DNA from: an uncultured archaeon
GTDB taxonomy: Archaea; Thermoproteota; Nitrososphaeria; Nitrososphaerales; Gagatemarchaeaceae
Assembly (NCBI GenBank): GCA_963799775.1
Contig: CAWCYD010000003.1
Coordinates: 192,001 to 256,000, forward strand
Direction: 5' to 3'
DNA: 64,000 nt
The translations under genes were made by a program, and so were the position numbers. Position 1 is the first letter of the stretch, and each line of letters begins with the position of its first letter. Positions 1 to 11,250 of this stretch are shown here, one piece after another. Below the pieces are notes generated by a model. That model made no database searches. It worked only from the letters and a program-made list of their open reading frames with translations, and had not been told where the DNA came from.

Positions 1-2
1 AG

Positions 3-223
3 GGCGAGGGCCTTGAAGAGATCAAGGCAGTCGGGCAGCCGTTCGACCCGTCCTCTCACGAGGCCGTCGACAAGGTCGAAGGGACGGACAACTCGAACGA
101 CATGGTGGTCGAAGAGATGAGGAAGGGCTACAAGTTCAAGGGCAAGCTGCCCTCAGGCCGACCGCCGTCAAGGTCCAGCTTGCCGCGAGGGCTGAGAAGG
201 CGAAGGAGGAAGAGCAGGCATGA
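3..223 (+). CDS. grpE: GrpE nucleotide exchange factor, 3' part (truncated by window start; indel near 150)
   Basis: Frame from 3 reads [26 protein letters not shown]...[14 protein letters not shown] (GrpE C-terminal FDP..HEA and GY motifs); stop overlaps dnaK start (ATGA). Confidence 0.9.
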
Positions 224-2127
224 GCTCCAGCAACCAAGCCAAGTCCGGTCCCTCCGCGAGAGAGAAGATCATAGGGATCGACCTAGGGACGACCAACTCC
301 GCAGCAGCGGTCATGGAGGCTGGGCGACCCATTGTCGTCCCGAGCGCGGAAGGGCAGACGGTGGCGGGGAAGATGTTCCCATCCGTAGTCGCTTTCACCT
401 CCGACGGGCAGCTCCTTGTGGGCGAGCCTGCGAAGCGACAGGTCGTCACGAACCCTGACGGCACGATATTCGAGATCAAGCGGAAGATGGGCACCGACTA
501 CAAGGTGCGGATAGCAGGCAAGGAGTTCACTCCCCAGCAGATCAGCGCCTTCATCCTACAGAAGATCAAGAAGGACACCGAGACCTTCCTGGGCTATCCC
601 GTGAAGAAGGCCGTCATCACGGTCCCCGCGCACTTCAACGACAATCAACGCCAGGCGACGAAGGACGCCGGCGAGATCGCCGGACTGGATGTGGTGAGGA
701 TAATCAACGAGCCGACGGCCGCGTGCCTAGCGTACGGGCTGGACAAGACAGACAAGGAGATGAAGGTGCTCGTCTTCAGCTTCGGTGGAGGCACCCACGA
801 CGTCACTGTGATGGAGTTCGGAGGCGGCGTCTTCCAGGTCCATCGCCACGAGCGGCGACACGCAGACGGGCGGGGCCGACGTGGACTACGCGATAGTCAA
901 CCTCATCGTCAGCGATTTCAGGTCTAAGACAGGCATCGACCTCAAGAACGACAGGACCGCGATGACCCGCCTCAAGGAGGCCGCGGAGAGGGCGAAGATC
1001 GAGCTCTCGAACATAATCTCGACCGACATCGACCTTCCCTTCATCGCGAGCGACTCCACGGGGACCAAGAACCTTCACTTCACCCTGACCAGGGCGAAGC
1101 TCGAAGAGCTCGCGGCCCCGATAGTCGCGAAGGTGGAGGAGCCGATCTCCCGTGTGATAAGCGACGCGAAGCTGACGACCAAGGACATCGACAAGGTGAT
1201 CCTGATAGGAGGGATGACCAGGATGCCCCTCGTCAGACAGAAGGTGGAGCAGGTTATGGGCAAGCCAGCCGAGAGGGGGGTCGACCCCATGGAAGCTGTC
1301 GCCATCGGCGCGTCGATCCAGGGTGCGGTCTTGGCAGGCGAGGTGAAGGACATCCTGCTCCTCGACGTCACGCCCCTCTCCCTGGGCGTGGAGACGCTCG
1401 GGAACGTCACCGCCAAGGTGATAGAGAGGAACACGACGATCCCGGTCAAGAAGAGCCAGACGTTCACGACCGCGGCGGACATGCAGACCGCGGTCACGAT
1501 CCACGTCGTCCAGGGCGAGAGGGCCATGGCTGGGGACAACATCTCCCTGGGCATGTTCAACCTCGAGGGGATACCGCCCGCGCCGCGTGGGTCCCGCAGA
1601 TCGAGGTCACCTTCGACATCGACGCGAACGGCATCCTCAACGTGACCGCCCACGACAAGGGCACGGGGAAGGAGGCCAGGATCACCATCTCGGCCTCTAC
1701 CAAGCTCTCGAAGGACGAGAAGGAGAAGATGGTGGCCCAGGCGGAGCAGTACGCCGAGCAGGACAAGAAGAAGATGGAGGAGGCCCAGATAATGAACGAC
1801 GCCGACTCGCTCCTCTACACATCCGAGAAGACAAAGACCGACCTCGCAGGCAAGATCAGCAAAGAGTCGGAGGACAAGATAACGGCAGCGGGAGGAGACC
1901 TCAGGAAGGCCATGGAGGGCAAGAACCCGGACGAGGTCAAATCCAAGTCCGAGGCTCTCCGGAAGATCCTCCAAGAGGTGGGGACCGCGGTCTACCAGCA
2001 GCAGGCGCAGGCTGCCCAGGCGACCGCAGGCGGGGGAGGCCCCGGACCGACGACGCAGGGCGGGGCCCCGGGCGACGGGACCATGACCGACGCCGACTAC
2101 AAGGTCGTCGATGAAGATAAAAAGTAA
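220..2127 (+). CDS. dnaK: Chaperone DnaK/Hsp70 (frameshifts near 840 and 1590)
   Basis: [37 protein letters not shown] across ORFs 220-927, 881-1645, 1642-2127. Confidence 0.97.
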
Positions 2128-2148
2128 CCCCGGAGCCGAAACTTCCCA

Positions 2149-3259
2149 GTGAGCAGCACCTCTGCTAGGGACTTCTACGACGTCCTAGGGGTCCAGAAGG
2201 GGGCGAGCAAGGACGACATCAAGGCGGCCTACAGGAAGCTGGCGATGCAGTTCCACCCTGACAGGAACAAGTCCCCCGAGGCCGAGGAGAAGTTCAAGGA
2301 GATATCAGAGGCCTACGCGGTCCTCTCGGACGACGACAAGCGAAAGCAGTACGACACCTACGGAAGGGAGGGCGTCTACCAGAAGTACGGCCAGGAGAAC
2401 GTCTACAACGGCGCCGACTTTCAGGACGTCTTCAGGGACATGGGCTTCGGGTTCGGCGGCGGCGGGTTCGACGACCTTCTAGGCGCCTTCTTCGGAGCGG
2501 CCGCAGGCCGGGGGGGCAGGTCCAGGCGGGGAGGAGACCTCACCCTCCACCTCCAGCTGGGGCTTGAAGACGTCGTCAACGACGTCACCAAGGAGATCGA
2601 GATCCCGAGGACGGAGCTCTGCGGGATCTGCAGAGGGAGCGGCGCATCCCCAGGGACCTCTCTGAGGAGGTGCCCACAGTGCGGCGGCACCGGGCAGATC
2701 CAGAAGATGCAGAACGCAGGCTTCGCGCGGTTCATCCGTGTCGAGACGTGCGGCAAGTGCAGGGGCACCGGCAACTTCGTCGAGTCCCCGTGCAAGGAGT
2801 GCAGGGGGACGGGACACGTGAGGAAGCAGCGGAGGATACGGATTCAGGTGCCAGCGGGCGTCGAGGACGGTCACACTCTTAGGCTCAGGGGCGAGGGCGA
2901 GGTCGGAGAGGCAGGCACGCCGCCAGGAGACCTCTACGTGGTCGTGAACATCCCAGAGCACCCCGTCTTCAAGAGGAGGGAAAGCGACCTCTTCATCGAG
3001 ACGCGCGTCAACGCAGTCGAGGCGATGCTAGGGACTGAGATCAACGTCCCCACCCTCTACGGGGACGTGATGCTCGACGTGCCCTCCGGGACGCAGCCGG
3101 GTTCCTCGTTCCGGATCAAGGGCAAGGGCCTCCCAAGGCTCAACTCATTCGGGAAGGGGGACGAGTGGGCCGTGGTCAGGGTGGACGTGCCGAAGAGCTT
3201 GAGCGGGAAGCAGAAGGAACCTTCTCAAGCAGCTCATGCGCGAGGGCAAGGTCCAGTAA
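2149..3259 (+). CDS. dnaJ: Chaperone DnaJ (indel near 3220)
   Basis: J domain with HPD, G/F region, four CxxCxGxG repeats, C-terminal domain. Confidence 0.97.
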
Positions 3260-3275
3260 GGCCCGAGCCCTCGCC

Positions 3276-3577
3276 TCAGAACTTGTAGATCATCAAGAAC
3301 GGGACGCCCTGGATCTCCCTGACGGCCTGAGGGCACCGAGCTTGTTCACCAGGGCGATGTTGACAGACCTAGACCCGGCGAGGCTGATCATCGAGGACTC
3401 CCTGATGAGCTTGACGGCTTCTTCCTCCCCGACGAGGTCCCCGCCGAAGAACTCCTTGGAGATGTGCATCTTGAGCTTCCCCTCGACGAGCGTCTTCCCG
3501 ATTAGGTCGATGTCGCAGACGTTGACGACGCTCGCGTTCTTCCAAACGATGCTGCGCACGGAGAACTGCGCCGTCAT
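3276..3577 (-). CDS. DUF424 family archaeal protein (indel near 3330)
   Basis: [13 protein letters not shown]...ISKEFFGG...; corrected C-terminus [15 protein letters not shown]; typical neighbour of aIF2-beta. Confidence 0.8.
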
Positions 3578-3582
3578 GGGGT

Positions 3583-3999
3583 CTAGTTCACTCGAGCGCT
3601 TGACCTTGCGCCGCACGCCTCGCACACCCTGAAGTGCAGCCTGCTCTCTGTCACGATGTGTGTGTCAGGACTGCCGCAGACGGGGCACGTGACGTTGTCG
3701 GTCATGTAGCGCTGGAAGAGCTGCGCGAAGGACGTCTTGTCCTTCCTCCCGATGAATATGGCCCTGTCTCCGTCCAGGGAAGCGGCCGTCGCGAGCTCCT
3801 TCGCGAGATACATCAGGAGCCGGTCGGGCTCTCTCCTCATGAGCTTCGGATACTCGGAGTAGTTCCTCAATATGGTCTTGTTGCCGATCCAGATGACCTG
3901 GGGCTCCGGTATCTCGATCCTGTTCTGGGTAGACTTGTGGGCCGTCTTGTCTAGGGTAGACCTGGCCCTGTCAAGCAGCTCGTCGTATTGCCTTACCAT
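3583..3999 (-). CDS. eif2b: Translation initiation factor aIF2 beta subunit
   Basis: YDELLDRA, GNKTILRN, YLAKELAT, CPVCGSPDT...CEACGA zinc ribbon. Confidence 0.95.
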   Translation of the reverse strand: MVRQYDELLDRARSTLDKTAHKSTQNRIEIPEPQVIWIGNKTILRNYSEYPKLMRREPDRLLMYLAKELATAASLDGDRAIFIGRKDKTSFAQLFQRYMTDNVTCPVCGSPDTHIVTESRLHFRVCEACGARSSARVN

Positions 4000-4102
4000 C
4001 CCGAACTCACCAAAGTTTTTCGCCGGAACGAGGTATTTCAACCCTCCTTCCTCCGCGACCCGATTTCAAAGATTTAAAGTCAAATCAGGCCCGGGTCGCT
4101 CC

Positions 4103-4912
4103 GTGAGTGGCAAAGCGGCGACCATCGGGGTCATAGGCGGGTCAGGGTTCTACAAGTTCCTCCAGACGAAGCAGGCGTCAAAGCAGCACACGCCATACGG
4201 GAGCCCGAGCGCGGGCGTCAGGATCTCGGATGTCAATGGTAAGAGGGTCGCCTTCTTGCCCAGGCACGGTGAGCACCACCAGTTCCCTCCCCACGTCGTG
4301 CCGTATCGCGCCAACATCTACGCGCTGAAGCAGCTCGGGGTAGAGAGGGTATACGGCCCCACAGCCGTGGGCAGCCTGAAGGCGGAGGTCAAGCCCGGCG
4401 ACTTTGTGGTCAGCGACCAGTTCGTTAACTTCACGAACGGGAGGAAGGACACGTACTTCGATGGCCCCCAGACGGCCCACGTCGGTTCTGCCGACCCCTA
4501 TTGCCCGGAGCTCCGCAAGGTGGTCCTCGAGGCCTCAAAGGGCATGGGGATCAAGGTCCACAAGACGGGGACCGTAGTGGTAATCCAAGGCCCTAGGTTC
4601 TCCACTAGGGCTGAGAGCAAGTTCTTCCGGTCCCAAGGATGGGACATCATCAACATGACGCAGTACCCCGAGGCGATCCTCGCGCGGGAGCAGGAGATGT
4701 GCTACGTCAACATCTCCCTTGTCACTGACTACGACGTGGGCCTGGAGGGTGACCCGGACGTCGAGCCGGTGAGCAACGACGAGGTCATGCGCGTGTTCAA
4801 CGCCAACCTGGAGAAGCTCAGGACGCTCCTCCTCAAGGCAATAGAGCTGACCCCGTCGAAGCGGTCCTGCGAGTGCGGGTCCGCTATGAAGAACGCGAGG
4901 ATAGTCGTATGA
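4103..4912 (+). CDS. mtnP: S-methyl-5'-thioadenosine phosphorylase
   Basis: IGVIGGSG, FLPRHG, VPYRANI, GPRFSTRAES, INMT, VTDYD; TATA box TTTAAA at ~4073. Confidence 0.93.
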   Translation: MSGKAATIGVIGGSGFYKFLQTKQASKQHTPYGSPSAGVRISDVNGKRVAFLPRHGEHHQFPPHVVPYRANIYALKQLGVERVYGPTAVGSLKAEVKPGDFVVSDQFVNFTNGRKDTYFDGPQTAHVGSADPYCPELRKVVLEASKGMGIKVHKTGTVVVIQGPRFSTRAESKFFRSQGWDIINMTQYPEAILAREQEMCYVNISLVTDYDVGLEGDPDVEPVSNDEVMRVFNANLEKLRTLLLKAIELTPSKRSCECGSAMKNARIVV

Positions 4913-5458
4913 AGAAGGAGGGCGAGGTCGAGTCTGAGCTCAAGGCTGCCATAAGACGGATCCCTGACTTCCCGAAGAAGGGGATAATCTACCGGGACAT
5001 CACGACCCTGTGGAAAGACGGGAGGCTCCTGCGGAAGAGCACCGAGGTTCCTCTACGAGCACTACAAGAACAAGAAGATAGACGCGGTCCTGGGCATCGA
5101 GGCCAGGGGCTTCGTCGTCGGGGCCCCTCTTGCGGTGCGCCTGGGCGTCGGCTTCATCCCTCTCAGGAAGCTTGGTAAGCTCCCTGGAGAGAAGATATCG
5201 GAAAGCTACGACCTCGAGTATGGGACGGCCACCCTCGAGATGCACCGGGACGCAATCGAGAAGGGGGAGAGGATCCTCATCGTCGACGACCTGATAGCCA
5301 CGGGAGGAACCGCCCTAGCCGCGGCGAAGCTCGTCGAGGTGGTCAGGGGAAAGGTCGTCGGGTTCGCCTTCGTCGTGGAGCTGACAGGACTCAAGGGCCG
5401 GGAGGCGCTAAAGGGCTACGACGTCTTCTCCATTGTGAAGTATTCGGGCGACGAGTAG
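4909..5458 (+). CDS. apt: Adenine phosphoribosyltransferase (indel near 5050)
   Basis: IRRIPDFPKKGIIYRDIT, RKLGKLP, LEYG, IVDDLIATGGT. Confidence 0.95.
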
Positions 5459-5525
5459 CCGCTAGGCCCCGAAGCGATGCAACGAGCTTAATAATCCAAC
5501 TTCGAACGGAGGGGCGAAACTGTTC

Positions 5526-6755
5526 ATGGGCAAGATAGCCGACCCTGACCTTGCAGCTGAGGGTGAGAAGAACTTCCTTTGGGCCAAGGGACACATGACC
5601 GCCTTGTCGACGATCGCGTCGAGGCATGCGAAGCAGAAGCCGCTGAAGGGGACCACAGTCGGGGTCTGCCTGCACGTCACAAAGGAGACATCCGTGCTGA
5701 TCGACTCGCTCCTCCTCGCAGGAGCTGAGGTCAAGCTCGCGTCCGCGAATCCTCTCTCGACGCAGGACGACATCGCAGCCTACCTCGCGACGCGTGCCGA
5801 GGTGTGGGCCTGGCGCGGCCAGAGCGCAAAGGAGTACGACTGGTGCATCAACCAGGTGCTCGCCACGAACCCCGACGTCGTCATCGACGACGGGGCCGAC
5901 CTCCACGTCGCGGCGAACCTGAAGCACGTGAAGTCCATCAGAGGGGGCTGCGAGGAGACCACCACCGGAGTTATGCGCCTGAAGGCACTGGAGAAGGACG
6001 GGAAGCTGGGCTATCCCGTGATAGCGATCAACAACGCGAAGACAAAGTTCCTCTTCGACAACAGGTTCGGGACGGGCCAGAGCACCTTCGACGGCATCCT
6101 CAGGGCCACATCGCTCCTCATCGCGGGGAAGAAGGTGGTCGTGGTGGGCTACGGGTGGGTGGGCAAGGGCGTCGCCAAGAGGGCGAGAGGCCTAGACGCG
6201 AACGTCACTGTCGTCGAGATCGACCCGATCAAGGCCCTAGAGGCGCACCTCGACGGGTTCTTGGTCACGAACATCGCCGAGGCATCCAAGTACGGAGACA
6301 TATTCATCACATGCACGGGCCAGAAGCACGTCATCCCCTACTCGGCCGTCAAGGAGATGAAGGACGGGGCCATCCTCTGCAACGCAGGCCACTTCGACGT
6401 CGAGATCGACGTCAAGTCCATCATGGAGGCTGCGAAGTCGGTCAAGCAGGTCCGCCCGAACACGGACGAGATAGGCTTCCCAGGAGGGAAGCGGATCTAT
6501 CTTCTCGGCAAGGGGCGCATAGTCAACCTCGTCGCCGCCGAGGGGCACCCGCCGGAGGTCATGCAGATGTCCTTCGCCAACCAGTTCATGTCGGCGCTCT
6601 ACGTCTACGAGAACAGCTCCAAGCTGCCCAGGAAGGTCCTCGACGTGCCGCTCGAGATCGAGCATCTGGTCGCGATGTCGACACTCCAGTCTCTCGAGAT
6701 CACGATAGACAAGGCGTCTAAAGCGCAGCTGGAGTATGCCGAGAGCTGGGCTTGA
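5526..6755 (+). CDS. ahcY: Adenosylhomocysteinase
   Basis: CLHVTKET, NPLSTQD, EETTTG, KFLFDNRFGTGQS, GYGWVGKG, NAGHFD, EGHP. Confidence 0.97.
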   Translation: MGKIADPDLAAEGEKNFLWAKGHMTALSTIASRHAKQKPLKGTTVGVCLHVTKETSVLIDSLLLAGAEVKLASANPLSTQDDIAAYLATRAEVWAWRGQSAKEYDWCINQVLATNPDVVIDDGADLHVAANLKHVKSIRGGCEETTTGVMRLKALEKDGKLGYPVIAINNAKTKFLFDNRFGTGQSTFDGILRATSLLIAGKKVVVVGYGWVGKGVAKRARGLDANVTVVEIDPIKALEAHLDGFLVTNIAEASKYGDIFITCTGQKHVIPYSAVKEMKDGAILCNAGHFDVEIDVKSIMEAAKSVKQVRPNTDEIGFPGGKRIYLLGKGRIVNLVAAEGHPPEVMQMSFANQFMSALYVYENSSKLPRKVLDVPLEIEHLVAMSTLQSLEITIDKASKAQLEYAESWA

Positions 6756-8508
6756 ATAACAAAGAGCCAGACACGAGCCAAATCGAAAAGCCGAAGAGCC
6801 GGCCTAAGGGCAAGCAGAGGGTGCTTGTCTGCTGCGCCCTCCCATACACCAACGCTGTGCCCCACGTGGGGAACATCGTGGGGTCGCACCTCCCCGCCGA
6901 CATATTCGCGCGCTACTGCAGGCTCAAAGGCTACGAGACGGTCTTCATCGGGGGCGCCGACGAGAACGGGACGCCCACGGAGGTCGCCGCCATCGAGCTC
7001 AAGGTCACCCCGAGGCACCTCACCGACGTCTTCTACAAGGTCCACAAGACGATATACGACTGGTTCGAGATCTCCTACGACAACTTCTCGAGGACGTCCC
7101 TCCCCGTCCATCACAAGACGACCCAGGAGCTCTTCCTGAAGATCTACGAGAACGGCTACGTCACGAAGGGAGTCATGCGCCTCCCATACTGCGAGACGGA
7201 CAAGCTCTTCCTGGCTGACCGCTACGTCGTGGGCAAGTGCCCGGTCTGCGGCTACGAGTTCGCGAGAGGAGACCAGTGCGAGAACTGCGCCACCCTTTTG
7301 GAACCAGAGCAGCTCATCGACCCGAGGTGCAAGATAGACGGGAGCATCCCCGTGTTCAAGGACAGCGACAACCTCTTCCTCGAGCTGGAGAAGCTCCAGC
7401 CGCAGCTCGAGGCGTGGATTCTCGGTCAGAAGCACTGGAGGAAGCAGGTGAGCTCGCTCGCGCTGGCCTGGATAAAGGAGGGCCTGAAGAGGAGGAGCAT
7501 AACCCGGGACCTAAAGTGGGGCGTTCCTGTCCCCCTAAAGGGCTTCGAGAACAAGATCTTCTACGTCTGGTTCGACGCCCCGATAGGCTACATCTCATCG
7601 ACGAAGGAGTGGGCCGAGAGGTCGGGGAAACCCGACGCGTGGGAGGCCTACTGGAAGTGACCCCGACACGCGGATCTACAACTTCCTAGGCAAGGACAAC
7701 ATCCCTTTCCACACCATCTTCTGGCCTGGGATGCTCATGGCCAGCGGCGGCTACAACCTGCCCTACGACGTGGTGGGCCTACAATACTGCAACTACGAGG
7801 GTGACAAGATATCGAAGTCGCGGAACTGGGGGATCTTCTGCGAGAAGGTGGTCCAATCGGGCCTCGACCCGGACATCTGGCGCTACTACCTCTCCTATCT
7901 CATCCCTGAGACCAAGGACTCTGAGTTCAAGTGGGACGACTTCCAGATTCGGGTGAACAACGAGCTCGTGGCGGCGATCGGCAACTTCATCCACAGGCAC
8001 CCTGACCTTCGCCTGCAACTTCCTCGACGGGACGGTCGAGAGGGCGCCCCCCGAGAAGGAGGACGTCGAGCTGGAGCAGAAGGTGCTCGCCCAGGTCGCC
8101 GAGGCGGACGCCGCATTCCAGGAAGCCCGCCTCAAGGACGCGCTGAGGAACGTCCTCCAGATCGCCATCATCGGGAACGAGTACTTCCAGCGGAGCCAGC
8201 CGTGGGCGCTCATCAAAGAGAACCCGGAGGCCTGCAGGAGGGTCATCTACTACTGCCTCAACGTCTGCAACGTCCTCGCGGTCACCATGTCCCCCTTCCT
8301 CCCTGGGTCGTCCAAGAGGCTCCGCGGCTTCTTGGGCCTCTCAGGCGACCCCACATGGGAGAAGAGCCTCCACTTCTCGCTGGAGAGGGCGAGAATCCAA
8401 AAGCCTGAGATCCTCTTCAAGAAGATCGACGAGAAAGAGATAGCGAGGCTGCGCTCTCAGGTGACAAAGAGCTCCGACGCCAAGGAGTTCTTCAAGGACG
8501 CGGCCTGA
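6752..8508 (+). CDS. metG: Methionine--tRNA ligase (indels near 7655 and 8000)
   Basis: ALPY...PHVGN (HIGH), knuckle CPVC/CENC, YVWFDAPIGY, GKDNIPFH, KISKS. Confidence 0.95.
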
Positions 8509-8548
8509 CGACAGGCGGGTCCGGGGCGAAAGGCCCGGTGTGGGCCTT

Positions 8549-9604
8549 CTACTGGTCGCAGGGCGCGATGCGCTCTAGCCCGTACGCGAGGGAGCAGTCT
8601 AGCTGGTCGTCGAGGTTGTTCCTTGCTCCCAGTATCCCGTCGATCGGGTCGTAGGAGTCGTACTTCGTCTCGCTGAATCCTGATGCGAGCACGCTCACCT
8701 GGAGCTGCGAGCTCGAGCCGCGGTAGTTGACTGCGTACTCCACGTCCAGCGAGGGGCTCCCGAACATCGACCCCAGCCGCTTCACAGCCGTGGCCGTCTC
8801 GCTTGCCGAGAGACTCGAGTCTCCGGTGAGGACGACGACCGCGTGACTGGCGTCTTTCATCCGGGCCTTCTTCCCAATCCCGATTATCGCCCTCGAGAGG
8901 GCCTCCTCCGCCTTGTCCGGCGAACCGGACGAAGCGCACGTCAGGAACGAGTAACCGTTCTGGGACACAGTCCCGAGCACCTTGCTCAGCCCGACCGGGA
9001 TCGAGTCCTCCGATTGCCTCGCGAGCAGCGAGCCCAAGGCCTTCACCGCCTCGTTGTTGGCGACCTGGTGCAGCTGCTTGAGGGTCGCTTCGCTCCCGAT
9101 GTTGAAGAGCGAGCCGTTGTCGACCACGACGACGCCGTTCGAGGTCGCCCTGAGCCTCTTCAGCGCCAATCCAGCGTAGAACCTGAACCTGTCCTCAAAA
9201 TCGAAAGGCATCACCGCGATGCTCACCGCGTCCGCACCCATCTGCCTGGCGAACCCGGCCATGATGGGGGCCAGCCCCGAGCCCGTCGCCCTCCCCAAGC
9301 CGGCAACCACGAACACGACCTTGGCGTCCCCCACGAGGCTCCTCATCCTCTCGTGATAGGGCATCGCGAACCCTCTCACCATCGAAGGGCTGGGCCTCTG
9401 CGCCAACGGCGCCTCGATGAGGACCCTCTCGCCTTCTCCCGCGGACTCGAGGTCCGCCGGGTCGCAAGTCAGATATGCGAACCGGTTCACCAGGGTCGTC
9501 TCCCTGCTAAGGGCAGACACAATCCTGATTCCCGCGCTTCCGATGCCTATCGCGACGACTTCAGACGAGGAGATGGAGCCAGACAAGACTTTAACAAGGC
9601 TCAT
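8549..9604 (-). CDS. Divergent FtsZ/tubulin-superfamily protein
   Basis: AIGIGSAG, VAGLGRATGSG (variant of GGGTGTG), PFDFE, VVDN; T7 loop not recognisable. Confidence 0.8.
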   Translation of the reverse strand: MSLVKVLSGSISSSEVVAIGIGSAGIRIVSALSRETTLVNRFAYLTCDPADLESAGEGERVLIEAPLAQRPSPSMVRGFAMPYHERMRSLVGDAKVVFVVAGLGRATGSGLAPIMAGFARQMGADAVSIAVMPFDFEDRFRFYAGLALKRLRATSNGVVVVDNGSLFNIGSEATLKQLHQVANNEAVKALGSLLARQSEDSIPVGLSKVLGTVSQNGYSFLTCASSGSPDKAEEALSRAIIGIGKKARMKDASHAVVVLTGDSSLSASETATAVKRLGSMFGSPSLDVEYAVNYRGSSSQLQVSVLASGFSETKYDSYDPIDGILGARNNLDDQLDCSLAYGLERIAPCDQ

Positions 9605-9736
9605 TGGCCGATTGGATTAAATGAACCCACGCATCAAAAAAGTGGACAATTGCTCTACATAATATTCACCTATAGCAGAACTACCTAACAATTCTCTAAA
9701 GATTCCTCTGTTTCGCCTCTTTTGGAGGCAGAAGCT

Positions 9737-11234
9737 TCACCACTTGACTTTGAGCGTGAGCGGATGGGACGCCTTGACCTCGTCTATCCTCCCCACGCTC
9801 GTGTTCCTTGGCTCGTCGTCGAGGTCTCCGGCTTTCAGCCTCTCGAAGAGCGTGTTCAGGACGGCGGCGTAGTCGTCAAGGGACTCGACCGTCTCGGTCT
9901 CGGTGGGCTCTATCATCAAGGCTTCGTCGACGGTCAGCGGGAAGTAGACCGTTGGGGAGTGGACGCCGTAGTCCAGTATGGCCTTTGCGATCTTCCCGGC
10001 GCCACCGTGGGGGCCTCTCACGGAGACTATGGCCTCGTGCTTCCTCCTTATCCCGCCTCCGACCGGGATGGAGTACCCCTGCGGGTTCAGCTTCGAGAGG
10101 AGGTAGTTGGCTCCCAGGACCGCGAGGCTCGAGACGTTGTCGAGCCCGTCCGCTCCGAGGAGCCTGATGTACGAGTAGGCCCTGAGAAGGATCGCAGAGT
10201 TGGCGTAGAACCCCTTCAGCCTCCCGATGCTCTTCGGCCGAGCGTAGTTGAGGCCGTACTCCTCGCCTTTCTTCTCCACGAGAGGAACGGGGAGGTAGTC
10301 CTCGAGCTCCTTCGACGCGCCCACAGGCCCCGCACCGGGCCCTCCGCCCCCGTGGGGCGTCGCGAAGGTCTTGTGGAGGTTGAGGTGCACGACGTCGAAC
10401 CCCATGTCCCCCGGCCTCGCCTTGCCGAGGAGTGCGTTCATGTTCGCGCCGTCGTAATACATCATCCCGCCCGCATCGTGTATCGCCTTTGAGATCTCCA
10501 ACACGTCCGGCTCGAAGAGGCCCAGCGTGTTGGGGACTGTGAGCATCATGCCGGCGGTCCTGGGCGTGAGCTTCTCCTTCACCGACTCGACATGGACGAG
10601 GCCGCTCTCGTCCGAGGGGACCTTGACCACGTCGAAGCCTGCCATCGCGGCGCTCGCCGGGTTCGTCCCGTGCGCGGAGTCGGCAACGAGGATCTCGGTC
10701 CTCTCGCCCCTCCCCACGTCTTTCAGGTACTTCTTTATCATGAGGACGCCGGCGAACTCTCCTTGGGCGCCTGCGGCGGTGCTCAGCGCGAACCTGCTCA
10801 TCCCAGTGATCTCGCAGAGCATCCCGGAGAGCTCGTAGAAGACCTGGAGGAGCCCTTGGACCGTCGAGTCGTGCTGGAGGGGATGGGCCTCCCTCATCTT
10901 GGGCGAAGATGCGATCGCCTCCGACACCTTGGGGTTGTACTTCATCGTGCAGCTCCCCAGGGGATACATCCCCGTCTCGACGGAGAAGTTCATCTGAGAG
11001 AGCCGGTTGAAGTGCCTGAGGAGCCTGGAGCTCGGACAGCTCCGGGAGTGGCGCCTCCTCCCCCCTCCTCACGGTTTCGGGGAGCATGCTCGCCGCCTTG
11101 GAGCTTGCCCACTGCTTGATCTTGGGGTCATCGGGGACCGTGAACCCTCGCCTCCCCTTCCTCCCCATCTCCGAGAGCAGGGGTTCGTCCCAGAACGCCT
11201 GCCGATATCTCCTCGTCGTGCTCGCCCTTGTCAT
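9737..11234 (-). CDS. gcvPB: Glycine dehydrogenase (decarboxylating) subunit 2 (indel near 11020)
   Basis: YPLGSCTMKYNPK, SAHGTNPASA, LNLHKTFATPHGGGGPG, MIEPTETE. Confidence 0.96.
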
Positions 11235-11250
11235 CGTCTCTTCCAAGCGG

